Source: Monocercomonoides exilis PA203 (Eukaryota; Protista; Preaxostyla). Taken from it: a stretch of DNA of 64,000 nt. Location: positions 1,860,001 through 1,924,000 of the forward strand of contig LSRY02000002.1 in NCBI GenBank assembly GCA_001643675.2, written 5' to 3'. Below, piece by piece: positions 12,201 through 25,800 of the stretch. The notes under the pieces were generated by a model that saw only the letters and a program-made list of their open reading frames with translations, was not told the DNA's origin and searched no databases. Both the position numbers and the translations under genes were made by a program. Position 1 is the stretch's first letter. Every line of letters begins with the position of its first letter.

Positions 12201-14018
12201 TCAACATTTTTTATGATCACTTTTAATTTCTATTACAAATCATCTTCTATCTATCTATCTATCTATCTCCTAGAAATCACTAAACCTGTTCCTGTGTCTC
12301 CATCATTTGCATCTGTCGTAGCGAGTGCCTCAGGCTCTGCACTTGCAGCATCACCAAAATCTCCTCTGAATCCCTCCAACCTCATCCGCACCAGCTCATC
12401 CAGTGCGCTTTCTTCACTCAGCTTCACTTCGCCCACATCTCCTTCTTCTCCTTCTTCTTCTGTCTCTTCGTCTGTTTCTTCGCCTGGCTCTGCAGTATCG
12501 CCATTGGGACATTGTGCTCATTCTTCTCTGCAGACAAGCTATTTGACTCGATTGAGTGAAGAGAATGCATCGTGCAAGGCATCTCTGCCTTATCCTATTC
12601 TCTATACAGACACTTTGAATATAGACACAACTGATGATGCTGATGATACTGTTACTGCTTCATCATTATCATTATCATCTTCATCATCATCATCATCTTC
12701 TTCTTCTTCTGTTTCTTCTGCACATGCACAGCAGGCAGATGATGAAGAGGTGCAAAGGATTGTTGATGGATGGACTCAGATATTTGCAGAGCGGAAGGAG
12801 GAGCAGAGGAAGAAGAAAGAGCAGCTATTGAAGGAGTCTTCAGCGAATGCTAATACTAATGCTAATGCTAATACAGACACTAATGCAGTTGTTGAGCAAG
12901 TGCACAAAATAGATGAGAAAGACAAAGGAAAGATGGAAGAAATGGTTGTTATGGAGAGTGTGACAGAGGATGTGAAGAACTCTGAAGAGAAAGAGGAGGA
13001 AAAGAAGAACGAAAATGAGGAAGAGAAAGAAGAGAAGAAAGAGAAAGATGAAAAGGAAAGTGTTAAAAGAGAAGAACATTTGATGGTGGAAGAAAAAGCG
13101 AGAAAAGAGAAGGAAGAAGAAGAAGAAGAAGAAGAGAGAAAGAGAAAAGAAGAGGAGGAGGAGAAGCAGAAAAAGATTGAAGAAGAAGAAAGAAAGAGAA
13201 AGGAGGAAGAGGAAAGATTGAACGAAGAAAAGAGAAAGAAAGAGGAAGAAGAGGAAGAGAAGAAGAAGAAAGAGGAGGAAGAAAGAAGAAAGAGAGAGGA
13301 AGAGGAACGAATTAGAAGAGAAGCCGAAGAGAAGGAAAAAGAGGAAGAAGAGAGGAAGAAGAGAGAGGAAGAAGAAAGAATTAGGAAGGAAGAGGAAGAA
13401 CGAATTAAAAGAGAAGAAGAGGAAAGAATCAAAAAGGAAGAGGAAGTAAAGGCAAGGAAAGAAAAGGAAGAAGAAGAAGAAAGATTAAAGCGAGAAGAAG
13501 AGGAAAAGATTAAGAGAGAAGAAGAAGAAAGAAAAAAGAAAGAAGAAGAAGAAGAATTGAAGAAAAAGGAAGAAGAGGAAAGATTGAAGAGGGAAGAGGA
13601 AGAGAAGAGGAAGAAAGGAGAAGAGGAGGAGGAAGGGAGAAAGAGAAAAGAGGAGGAAGAAGAACGAAAGAAGAAGGAAGAAGAAGAAGAAGAGAAAGAG
13701 AAAGAGAAGGCAGCTGAAGAAGCGATTGCAAAAGAAGAGGCAGAGGATAAGCAAGAAAACAAAGAAGAAAATAAAGAAGAGAATAAAGAAGAGAATAAAG
13801 AAGCGGAGGAAGTTAAAGAAGATGTTAAAAAAGACGATGAAGAGAAAAAAGATGATGCGAATGAGAAAGAAGAGAAAAAGGAGAAAGAAGATGTGAAGGA
13901 AGGAGAGGAAGAGGAAAAGAGCGAGAAAGAGAATGAAGAGCCAGAGAAAGGGCACGAAGAAGAAGGGAAAAACAAAAAGAAGAAAAGAAGAGGAAAAAAG
14001 CAGAAGCAAAACAAATAG
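9207..14018 (+). CDS. BCH/CRAL-TRIO domain protein with degenerate RhoGAP-like domain and ER/K-rich tail (~7 exons)
   Basis: GIDYDGRRIIV...YKKNLKQMFIL...MKPFVSEKFWIKVHY is a BNIP2/p50RhoGAP-type BCH domain. RhoGAP-like helices follow, then ~330 aa of E/K/R repeats. Confidence 0.8.
13090..13720 (+). repeat. ER/K (EEEERKRK-type) coding repeat, single-alpha-helix-like
   Basis: Almost pure purine tract encoding alternating E4 and (R/K)3-4 blocks. Confidence 0.85.
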
Positions 14019-15347
14019 AAAAGCAACTTTTTTGTTTGAGCGTGCAATGACAATTGAATTGACTTAATGAAATGAAAAAGATTTGGCGAAATCAAATTCA
14101 TTTTGTGTGTCTGTTCAAGAAGAAGGAAGAAGAAGAAGAAAGAAAGAAAGAAAACATAGCTTCCTCGATTGATAAAGGAAAGCAATTTTTTTGTGTCTGT
14201 TTTAATTTTTTTAATATTAATTTACTTATTTTTATTCCCTGTTATTCTGAACAGTACATTTTTATTCTTGCATGTGGTGTATTTAATAACCTGGTGCGGT
14301 GAATACTGTCATTATCTGCTGCCTGTTTTTTTATTTTATTTTTTTAAAGAAGTTTCCTGAAGCTATTTCTGGTGCTTTGTTTACTGCTTATTGCTGCTTT
14401 TTCATGCATCTTTTTTTAAAATTGACATTTGATTATCTTTGAGACTTTTCAGTGAAATTTATTTTATTTTTATTTTTGTCTTTCTTTTTTTCTTTATTTT
14501 TTTGATTATAAATTGCATAATATCTTTTTTTTCTTTTTTCTTTTTTTATAATTTATTCAAATTTTTGTAGCAATTTTAATTTTTTTTCAATAAAAAGTGT
14601 ATTTAATTATTTTATTTAATTATCAATTTTCTAATTTGAAATTTTCCTTTTTTTCATTTCGATTCAAAAGAACAACATTTAGCCATTCTTATTCTATTGA
14701 AACAATCGTTGCACCTGCTGTTAATGACTTAGCATAGATTAACATAACAAGAATGAAATCTTTCTTTTGCCTAGAACTTGACGTTTTCTTTTCTTTTTGT
14801 TTTAAAGATATTGGATAAAAATATTGAAATACTTAACTTCTGAACAAACAGTATTTTTTCAAGAGATGAATTTTGAATATCCTCATTTTCCCACAAAAAT
14901 AAGTGAATATAATTTTAATTTTTCTCTTTTTTCCAGCTTGAATAAAAGTCATTCATGGCTGTTACATACAATAAATATTTCACAAAAGAGATAACCTGAA
15001 ATGACTTAACAGTTACAAAAACGAAACATTTCTCAAAAAGGCGTTGAAAAATTCAAATAAAAAAGTAAAAAAAAAATAAAGTTAATAGAAAGAACACAAA
15101 TAATCATATTTTGAAATACGCATGTTGACTTACATTCAGAATTTTCAATAAAAATTAAATACTTCACATTCATCAAGAAATACAAAAATAAAATTAAATA
15201 AAATAAAATAAAATAAAAGATTAAGAGCTTAATGACACTACAATATAGTTGCCTCAGCAACAGTGAACATATACAATCTAAATCAAAAGCTACAAAGAGG
15301 CAGAGGTCCAATCTTGCAGGAAATACAATCACATTTCAGTTGGTCAG

Positions 15348-18148
15348 TCAAATAACAGTTTCTTGGGTTGTTACAGCATTTTGAGAACTTTGCAGAATTG
15401 GCTCTTTTTCTCCAGCTGCTTCTTCCTGTCTGCTATTTTCATCCACAATTACAGATGGCTGCATAGTTGATTCCTCATTCTCTTTCCCTTCTTCACACGA
15501 ATCGCTGCTTAAATTTTCTTGTGAGATGGAATCAGAATGGGATTTTTCTTGCAAGCGATCTTTCACCTCATCTTGCTCATCTGCTTCACTTGAATCAACT
15601 TTGTTTTCCTCATCTTCTTTTGCACACTCTCGTCTTTGAGTCACTTTTGCAACTGCATCATTCCCTTGCACTTCAACATTACCATTTTCTTCAGAGTTTC
15701 CACTCTCTTGCAGTTCTTGCCTTTCCATATTCTGCATATGCTCCTCTGAACTGTTATCAATAGGCTCATTTATTGTGCATAAGTTTCTCATCTCTTCTTG
15801 TTCTTCTTTGACTTCTCTTTCCTCTTTATCTCTCAAGCACTGCTGTTCCCATGCAGCAGCTATGCCTTTTGCATAACGCGGTGTGAAATTCCTCCATATT
15901 TTGATCTCACCTGACTGAGATGCTGTGACAATGACCTGCCCATCCACATCGATCCCCTGGCGAGGAGAAGCAGCTGGCGCACGATTGGACGCATTTGAAT
16001 CAGAAGGTGTTTGATTCGAAGAAGAAGAAGAAGAAGAAGAAGAAGAAGAAGAAGAAGAAGAAGAAGAAGAAGAAGAAGAAGAGACAGAAGGAGAAGCTGA
16101 AGATGTAGAAGAAGCATAAGAAGCAGATGGTGACAATGAAGCAGGAGAAGATAGAGAGCTGTGTTGTGATGAAGGATATGCAGTGAGTGCGCCGGCGAAA
16201 CCAATCGGCGCAAAGACTGCACAAGTGGTGATGGATGAGTGTGGGGTGAAGTGCTGACATGTTTCAATGTGATCTTTCCTCTTTGAGAAAAAGGAAAACG
16301 TCGAATGCGACTTGAGCGACGAGGCTGCAGCATTCACGCCGTTTGAGAGATATGCCTCGTTTCCCTCTGGATGCGCATCCCAAATGAAGCACTCACCGTT
16401 CTCTGAGCCAGAAATCACAAATCGGCCAGACGGAGAAAAAGAGGCTCGGATCTGCGAGGACTGGTTGAGCAGCCCTTTGTACTTGCACACTGGCTTGAAA
16501 TGAGTCAGAGAATACGATCTTATTCTCGAGTCGTTTGTTGTGACGATTAATCTGTCACCGCCATATGTGGAAAGGGAAGGGCTGTCTGATGAAGAGGAAG
16601 AGGAAGAAGAAGAAGAAGAAGATGATGATGATTGTGGTGATGTTGAAGAAGACGAGGATTGAGCTGAAGGTGATTGAGATAAGTTATCTGAGGAAGGAGA
16701 AGAAGAAACAGATGACAAAGATGATGAAGATGGCGAGGCAAGCTTGTTACACGGAGAAGACAAGTTCTGAATGTCCCTAGGCTCAAACACCATCGGCAAA
16801 AAATCGATTCCAGTGACCTTCTTGTCGTGGTTCCTTCCGTGGCGCGATCTGACCTCCAGTCGAGTGATCAGCGGCAGGCCGACAGAAGCAAGAGCATACA
16901 GCTTCCCTGTGAAGGTGCCCACAAACACCATCGTTCCATCGAGCGAGAAGCGCACACAGGTGACATAATCACCCACATCTGCGCGGTATATGCACCGCCC
17001 CTCGCGCACGTTCCACAGGCGCACTTTTCTGTCCAGGCAGCCTGTGATGCAATAGCCATTGTCAACGGGGTTGATGTCCACACACGTCACAAAATCGCCA
17101 TGCTGCAGCGTTCGAAGCGAAGTCGCACGAGTCACATGCCACAGCTTTGCTGTTGAGTCCATCGATCCACTCAGCAAAAAACCGTTTGGTGCCCAGCAGA
17201 TGTCAAGAATTTGCGATTCGTGTTCTCTAAATTCGCAAATTGGAGATGGTTGAAAGATCTCATAAACTGATTGATCGTTTGGTAGATAAAATGAAGTTGA
17301 AGTAGTTGGAGAAATAATTGGAGAAGAAGTTGAAGATGAAGATGAAGAAGATGTATTAGAAGATAATGACGATGACGATGCTCGATTAGAAGGAGAAGAT
17401 GAAGAAATATTCGAATTTAGTGCAGACTCTTCACGAGCTTCACCAATCGAATTTAGCATAGAATTGTATGGCTGCAGCACATCCTTTTTAATTTGAAATA
17501 CTCGCAGCACACCTTCCTTACCTCCTATTGCTAACCATTTCCCTTCAGGAGAAATTTTCAGCGACCATATGGAATCTTCAGGAAAATTCATTTTTTGAAC
17601 GAGGCATAATCCCTTAAAATCTTCAATATCCCGTTTTCTTTTCTTCATTTTGATTTTCATGAGGCATGAAGGGCTACAACAACCGTTTGAATCAATGATT
17701 TTTTCAGTTTCTATTTCTTTTTTTTCAACTTTTTTTGTGTTACTTTCACTTTTCTGTTCTGTTATTTCTGAAACACAAGAAGCATTTGAAGGTAAAGATT
17801 TGCCATTATGTTCAAATGAAGAAGAGTCAGAAGAAGAAAAACGTCGATTTTGTGAATTTTGAGGCGAACGATGAATTCCGCTAATCCCTTTTTCAACATC
17901 TGCAATTTTAATCTCTTTTGCGTTGTCGTTTTTCTCTGGTCCAATTTCTGGAGCTTTGCTAAGTACTGAAAGTCGTAATTCTGGATTTTTCTCTATTTCG
18001 GAGGGAAAAAAGTTGTTAAAATCAAATATTCAGTAAATGCGAAAGAATTGTTTATACCTTTGGGAGAATCATTTGGCGGATGTGTCACAAGCTGAGAATG
18101 TTGTGTAGGAATATCAACATCACAATTTCCTTCATTGTTTGTCGTCAT
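15348..18148 (-). CDS. WDR44: WDR44/rabphilin-11-like WD40 protein (2 exons, intron ~17993-18057)
   Basis: LLSGSMDSTAKLWH, HGDFVTCVDINPVD, TGCLDRKVRLWN, LIVTTNDSRIR and KYKG..NQSSQIRASFS.SG.FVISGSE are WDR44 family motifs. The frame is open upstream of 17660 to the splice acceptor. Confidence 0.85.
16018..16080. repeat. Perfect (GAA)21 microsatellite encoding poly-Ser in WDR44-like gene
   Basis: Direct reading of the sequence. Confidence 0.95.
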
Positions 18149-18652
18149 TAACTGTTAAGATGTTGAATATAATAATCTTTGTAATTATCGAATGAATAAA
18201 CGAAATAACAAATTTTCCAAATAAAAATATTCGGAATGATTAATGTTATTTTATCAAAAACATTCCATATCGCATACTCCTCTATCTAGATTGATTTCTT
18301 TAAATTAATAAAAGTCTCGCAAAATATATAAATAATAGGACGTAATATTTTTTGAAAGAGTGATAAAGTTTTTCTATGCTTGAATTGTTTGTGAAATAAC
18401 AACTTTCCAACATATTGTGTATTCAGAAAATCAAACAATAATAAATTCTTATGGGATTATGTGAGTATTTTTTGAAATAATTCTTTATTGTTTGGAGCGC
18501 TTTAAATGTGTTACTCTAAATATGTGCGACTGTATGCAAGTGAGTTGAATTGCTTAAATTTCAAGATGTTATTTTGGCATTTAGCCCCAATTTGAGATGC
18601 TGTTATACAGGATGTCATGTCAATTGCAGCGCAAACTATCAGACTTAATTGC

Positions 18653-21600
18653 ATGTTTTATTTTTTATTTTGCTGGATTCTTTCAGCGAGCTGCATTATT
18701 GAAGATAAAATACCTCGATGGCAATATGATTTTCGCTTGTTGAACTCAACAACAGATTGGTCTCAATTTGTAATGCTACCTCATGAATCAATAAGTCAAT
18801 GTCAATTTGCTTGCAATTTGCTTGTGGCATGGTGCACTGAAACAGCGAATCGAACTTGCTTTCGAGAATGTGAGCATTCTGACAACAAGAGTGACTGCTT
18901 TTTAAATTGTCATTCTAAAGGTTGAGACCTATTACAATTCAATCATTAGATAATATCTCACATACAACTATTGTTATTAATTTTTTTCCTCTTTATTTTT
19001 TTTTTACCTATTTTTTGCACCTTTGACATTTCGTTGTTGTAGGAATTGATTCTTGTATTTTTCATTTGATGGAGTGCAGAGAAGTTTGTAATTCTGTTGG
19101 CCACGAAGTTTGTGTAAATGCCTTGAAAAAATGCGATGAGCAAGCATTGAACATATCTAATTACAAGAGTGATTCACCAAATTCAACAGAAGAAATGCTG
19201 CATCAAATAAGAATGTGCGGAGAAAAATTTGCATTTTGTGAAACGCATTCTTTGATTGAAGATGAATTTATATCAAACGAATCAAAGATATGTAAATTGC
19301 AACTTGATTCTTGTGAGGTGAAAGTGTTACTCGCATGTAATGAATCATGTGCTAACGAGACAAGCGCTTCTTCAGAAAAAAGCGAGGAATTCAAAAATTG
19401 CACGAGAAAATGCAATTCTGAGAGGATGATGGAGTGCTTGGAACCATATGATAAGTGCAGGCGTGATAGTGACATGATTGAAGTTGAAACAGAGCATTTT
19501 AAAAAATATATGCAAATTCCACCATCCTTCACAAAAGGGGGATATCAACAGCTTCAGGATTCGTGTGAACAGCATTGTGAAAAGGGTTTGTTATATTACT
19601 TTATTTTTGCACTTTGAGGACTTTTTATTAATTATCGTTTTCTTCTATTGAATTAATTCTTTCTTTTTTCGTTTTGTGGATTGATTCCCCTTTGACTTTG
19701 TTTATAAGTTTTTGAGAATTGTGCTGATGGATGTGATGAGGAATGCTTCGACATTTGCAGCAGATATCGTGATGAATCTGGAAAGTCAGGCTCGAACAAT
19801 AAAGAATGCGTTGAATGTTTGGCTAACTGTATGAAAGGTTGCTCTGGTAAAAAAGAATATTGCCTTATCAGATGCAAAGATGAAGAGGTTTGAAAACACT
19901 AATATCCTTTGTAGAAGTTCAAAATTATATCAAATTTATTTCATTTTGTTTTTCATCATTAAACAATTCAACAATCATTTCACTATTGTTTTTTCGCATA
20001 TTTCTTTTCAGGTCATTCAAACAGAAGAAGAGGTGTGCATTGAGCAGTGCAAAAGCGAATCGTCAAAGATGCAAACCAAAGGAACCCAGCAGTGTGTACG
20101 AATGTGCAAAAAATCAAGATATGTGGATAGCTGTATGGGATCATGTGTGGCTGCATTGCTTGAGGACAACAAAGAATGGGAAAGCAATTGTCGCTCAGAT
20201 TGTGTTCGTAAGCGAAACAGTCAACAATCTGGAAGAAGAGAGTCAAATGAGATGGCTGCAGAAGATGAAGAACAAGACATTGCAAAAAAGATTTCATTTG
20301 GTGATAATGATGATCAAAACGAGCCTATTACATGGGATGATGTCGAACGAATTCGCAATAGAAACGTCTGTCTTGGAAAGGTTTGGATTGCAAATTATAT
20401 CGTTCTTTTTTTGTTGAATATGAATAAAATGCAATGATTTATTAATTTATTAATTTTTTTATTTGAATGGAACTTGTTTGCGCTTTTAGTGCAATGACAC
20501 ATTTATTGACTGTGCTACTCAATTACGTACATTCTGTCACAGTGAATGTGAACAGAGATTCCCTCGTTCTGCTTCAAATGATTCGTCTTCTCTTCAGTTT
20601 CGGTGCATTCGTAAATGTCTTGATCTGAACATGCGCATCTGTGTTGATGCCTTTGCAGACTGCTCAGCTATTTGTCACGATGCTTTTGCACCGTTTTCCC
20701 TCTCTCGCGTTTCGGATGCCAAAGCAAACAAGAAAAATGAAAATGAAGAAAGCGATGCGGTTAACGATTATTCACGTAGAAATGCTTTGTCCAGCTCTTT
20801 TTCGCCTTCTTTGAATAGATTCGCCAATGAACAATTACTTGATTATCCTTCAAACTTGTTCAATGAAGAAGAACAGCAGGAATTGAAGCCCCAGAACAGA
20901 ACAGTCGATCATAAAACTCCACATTCATTCAGTAGAGCAGTTGTCAGCCACATCCCTTCCACAAATGCTTCTGTGAATGAAGCAGAAGATTATGTGACAT
21001 CTGCTGTTAAGCAATGTATCTATAACAAGATGTCTGATGCGGATGTACCAATTCTTTCCTCGCTCGATCCAGATGCCATCAAAAAATGCATTCGGATTGT
21101 TTCGATCGACCAACGCCGCGTTCAAAATAGAACCATCTTTTCAACTGAAGCTTTGTTTGAATCTGAGCCATCGCAGCTAAATGATGTTCAGTTTGACGGA
21201 AAGAAGAAGCTTGTTTTCCAGAAAGTGAAGCATGACTGTGAAGAAGAATGTGACGAAGAGGCAGATGAGTGTGAAATGAACTGTGAAAGAGAAGGAAGGA
21301 GGATGATGGCGAAGAGTGGAATTGATGAGGAGAGAGAGGGAAGAGGAGGAATGTCATTGCATAAGCGCAAGCAGAAAGATCGAATAAGCTCATATGTCGA
21401 TTCGTGTGTGGATGGATGTGAGCACAAATGGAGAAGCTGCTTAAATGTTTGCGAGATGAAAGATGAGAAGAGAAGAAAAGAAAGAAGAAGAGTTTCGCCT
21501 TCTTCGTTGCCTTCTTATCAGCAAGCAGAAGAAGATGAGACTATTTCTGACGAAGAAATCGACAGCTCAAGGACGAAGGAAGAGGAAGAAGTCAAAAGGC

Positions 21601-22585
21601 ATTACGAAAAATGTGAGAAAAAGAAAAAGCGATGCGATAACCATTGCAGAGCGATGAAACAACGTGTGAATTTGCTTGTAACTTCGTCATATAAAATTTT
21701 AATATTCATTAATAATTTTTTAAAATTCCTAACATATTTTTTTATTGCTGATAACTAAAAAAATCAATGTTATATAATTTAGGATGCGTGTCTCGTCTTC
21801 TTTCTGATGGCATGTCTGTTTCAGATGCTGTTTCAGATTGCTCGCAAGCAGAGTCAATTTGCTATAGTGAGTGCGAAGATCTGTTCTTTGAATGCTTCTG
21901 GAGCAGAAATTCAACGACAGACAAAGATGAGGATGATGAATCACAGAATCAAGAGCTGTTTTCCCGTAGCTCTGACTACAATTACAATTATCCCAACAAC
22001 TTGTATTCATCAAGCCAATCTTCGCTTTATTCCTCGCTTCCTACCGATTCGTATCCAGAAACAGCTTATTCCTATCCTCCCTCTTCCTTCCAGACGTCTG
22101 TGATGGACGTGAGCTACAGGCCGCCTGCTCAGATGCGCAGAAGCTCGCTGGCTGAAGAAGTGCTGGGCATCAAAAAGACACCTGCGCGAGAAAGAGGCGA
22201 AGGGCTTCAGCAGAAGGGAACAGTCTCACGGGAAGAAGCGAAGATCAATGAAGCAAAGATGCTAAGACGAAAGCAATGGATGCAGAAAGGCGATGAAGAA
22301 CTTGAAAATCGTGTTCAGGAAGAGAAAAAGAGGATGCGTGTGAAGATCGAAGAAGAACTGAGGAGAAACATGCCAAAAAAAAGAGGAAATTTCTATGAGA
22401 GATATCCTTCTGCATTGAATCGGGGAATTTCACACTATCCAACAAATCGCTATGCATCGCTTGGTTCTCCGCTTGATGAGCAAAGTCGCTTCTACCAACT
22501 TCCTCAATATTCACCTTACAATAATCAATTTCCAGCTTCTCATGAGCCCACATATTATGCAAATAATAATAATTATATGTGGTGA
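18653..22585 (+). CDS. Secreted cysteine-rich protein with CX3C/CX3CX3C helical repeats (6 exons; start could be the in-frame ATG at 18611 or 18617)
   Basis: Signal-peptide-like MFYFLFCWILSASC. GT-AG introns with consistent phases join the exons. Many CxxxC motifs; Y/N/P-rich C-terminus; no TM helix seen. Confidence 0.75.
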
Positions 22586-22705
22586 ATTTACTCTTTCGGT
22601 TTTTGTTTTCTAAACAGCATCTCACATTATGAATGAATTTTTATTTATATTTTTTTCAGAACTCACTACATATAAACATGGATGAAACTAAAAATTCGGA
22701 AAAAA

Positions 22706-22707
<2 letters not shown>

Positions 22708-22743
<36 letters not shown>
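22708..22743. repeat. (AAT)12 microsatellite
   Basis: Direct reading of the sequence. Confidence 0.9.
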
Positions 22744-22745
<2 letters not shown>

Positions 22746-22815
22746 AGTGATAGATATGTTACAATATATCACAATAATGAAAATAAATATCTAAAATATT
22801 AGAATTTTAGGATAC

Positions 22816-25800
22816 TTACGGGGAGCTTTCTTCATCCTCTTCTTCTTCCTCATCATCATCTTCTTCTTCCTCTTCCTCTTCTTCCTCTTCCTCTTCATCT
22901 TCATCTTCTTCATCATCTTCCTCATCCTCCTCCTCATCATCATCATCTTCTTCTTCTTCTTCTTCTTCTTCTTTGTATGTAGATCTTTGTCTGCTCTTTT
23001 CATAAGAAATAATTTCTTTCACTCTTTTTGAGGCGATTGCATCTTCTTGATGTGAATCTTGTTTGTGATGAGTTTTTTGTATCTTCATTTTTTCTTGTTT
23101 CTTTCTATTAGAAATTGTGTTTGATTGCTTTGAAGTATTGCGATTGTGACTATCTTCGTTTTCTTTTTCACTTTCCTCTTCGCTTTCTTCCTCACTTTCT
23201 TCTTCACTTTCTTCTTCACTTTCTTCTTCAGATTCCTCTTCACTTTCAACTTTAACATTTTTTCTTTGTTTATGTAGATCAGCCTTTTGATGATTGTTTT
23301 CGTCTTTCTTTTGAATCTTATGTTGAACACCATCAGCATTTCTAAGTTTTTCTTCATTTTTCTCTTTTTCTTTTCCATGTTCTCTGTTAACATCTGCCTC
23401 TTTTTCGTCAGAAATGTTTGATGGTGAGCCTAGTCCAATTGGTTCCCATGGCACATTCTCCTCTTTGTGAGTCTGTTCTCCTTCTTCAGAATGTTCATCA
23501 GCGTTCTCCTTCTCCATTTGAATCTGCTGCTGTTTCTTCCTTTCCTCTTCCAAAAGCTCCTCAATTGTGAGTACTTTTTTCTTAGCCTTCGCACGCCAAA
23601 CGTTGTCTTTACCATCACCAGCACGCCCAACCCCAACAAAGATTCTCTTGTTCCGTTTTGGCCGATTTTTGAACTCTTTCGGATCTGAAGGCACTTTCAA
23701 TCGATGAATACGCTCGGCAACTTCCTGTTTTTTCTTTTCACTTATAACAGGCGCATGAAGAGTCTTTACTCTTTCATCATACTCCTTCTTCCGCTCTGCT
23801 TTCCTTCTCTTCTCTTCCTCTTCGCGAGCCCACTTAGTCTGCTGCATTCTCCTCTCTGACTCGGTCAATGCAGCTGCCCTGCCCTTGTAGAATCTGCTGA
23901 CATCTGCTGTCTCTATTTGTTTGACACCTGCTCCATGCCTCCGCTTGGATTCTGCCTCAAACCATTTCCCAAACTGCTTCAGCTCATCGATGTCAAGCGC
24001 CTTCATCTTCTCTCTCCTCTCTGCTTCCACTGCTGCCATTTCAGCTTCTGTTTCTGCTTGTTCTCTTTCAGCATAGCGCTTTGCCAGTCGCTCGTGTGGA
24101 TACTCGCCGCGCGCCATTTGCCGCTCTCTTTCGTGCTGCTCAGCCTCTTCGCGGTACATTCGCTCCTGCTCTTCTTTCTCCTTCCTTTTTCTGATGCGGT
24201 CGATGCGTTCCTTTCGCTCCGCCTCTGCCCTTTGAGCGCTTTTAACTTCATGTTCTTTCTCCTTCAGCTTCATCTCCTCTTCGAGTTTGTGGAATTTTTC
24301 TTTTTCTCTCTCTTTTCTCTTCTTCTGCCTTTCCTCCTCTTCCGATTCAAGTGCCTTGAGGCGCTTGACAGATTCCTTGACAGCATCAAGTTGTTTTCTG
24401 TCTGTTTCAGGCAGCTCAGAAAGAGCAGACGAGCTGCGAGTGAAGATAGGCGGAAGAAGATGGAACAAAGAGTTCGATTTTGATGGAGATTGGGTGGAAG
24501 AGCCAGCTGATAGTGAATGGAGAGTCGACGAAGAGTTAAGTGCAGCAGGAGAAAGACAACCGAGTGTGGAGAATTCGTGTTTTTGGGAAAGAGGAGAATG
24601 AAGTGACAGTGCTGGGCTGAGTATCTCTCTGTTTTTGGGCATTGAGGAAAAGAATGATAATGATGATGTGGAGCGGCCAATTTGCGAAAGTGTCTGCTTG
24701 TTGGAAGAAGAGGATGAAGAAACCGAACCGTCTTGGAGCAAATCAGGTGGTTTGAAGAGGAGATGAGACAAATGATGATATCTTTCTTCTGCTTCTCTTT
24801 TGCGCTGCACTCTCTTCTTTCTCTCAGCTTCTTCAGCTGCCTTTTTTTCAGCATCAGTCAAAAACGACTTGTTATAATCTGAAGAGTTGGATCCAATTTG
24901 CTTCAGGCTTTTCTTTGTGAATTGGGAGACTGAGCTGGCGATGGTGGAAGAGAGAAGAGGAGAAGTGCTAACGGATGCAGCGAATGAGGGTGAGTGTGCC
25001 ATCAATGCAGCACGGCGCTGATCAATACGATGGATGACATTAGACTGCATCGGAGAAAAAGAAGAAGAGGTTGATCGAGGAGTGAGGATGGATGAAAGAT
25101 CGCTTGTGGAGAGTGTGGGCGACATCGAGTCAAGTGGAACGAATGTTGTGGTTGTCTGAGAAGAGTACAGTGAAGGAGATGATGCTGAATGCAACAGGGG
25201 AGGAAGATGAGCAGGAGATGAAGGTGTTCGGCCCATCGTTGGCTGAACTCTATCATGTGTTGGCAAATCGTGTGTGTTATCTGTTTGTTGTGAGGCAAAT
25301 GATGAAATATTGGTAATAATTGGCGGTTTTAACATAGAATCGTTTGTTGAAGAATACAAAGCAAGAGGAGATGGTTTCTTGGGAGATGAAAATGATGAAT
25401 ATGGAGAGGATAGTCGTAATGGAGATAGATCAGAGTTGTCAATTTTGTTTTTTTCGTTGATTTCCGATTCCCAGTTCCTAAAATTCTCCTCTGATTCTTC
25501 TGTTTTCAGTTGTGTCGTTTCCACTTTACCGTTGCTCAGCTGCTGAGACATATTGTGGTTATACACAGCGTTGAAGGCTGCATCTGCAACAATGTTCCAT
25601 TCGTCTTCAACATGCCTGTCCAAAAGCCGGTCCACCAAATATGCTGGAGTCTCTTCCAATTCCTGCGTGTGCCCAATTTTGCGCTTTCTTTTGATGTCAC
25701 TTGACAAATCATAGGAAGAACGTAGTGAATGTGCAAGAGTCGCAGCACTTTCAAAGAAAAGCGTCTTCAGCTCCTTTATTTGTACTGTTGTTCGATCCAA

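Noticed and set aside
12776-14185. 469-aa minus-strand S/F-rich ORF and many similar antisense ORFs (e.g. 42520-43128, 43626-44354, 50738-51559)
   Set aside because: These are shadows of low-complexity or GC-richer coding exons on the opposite strand, with no recognisable motifs.
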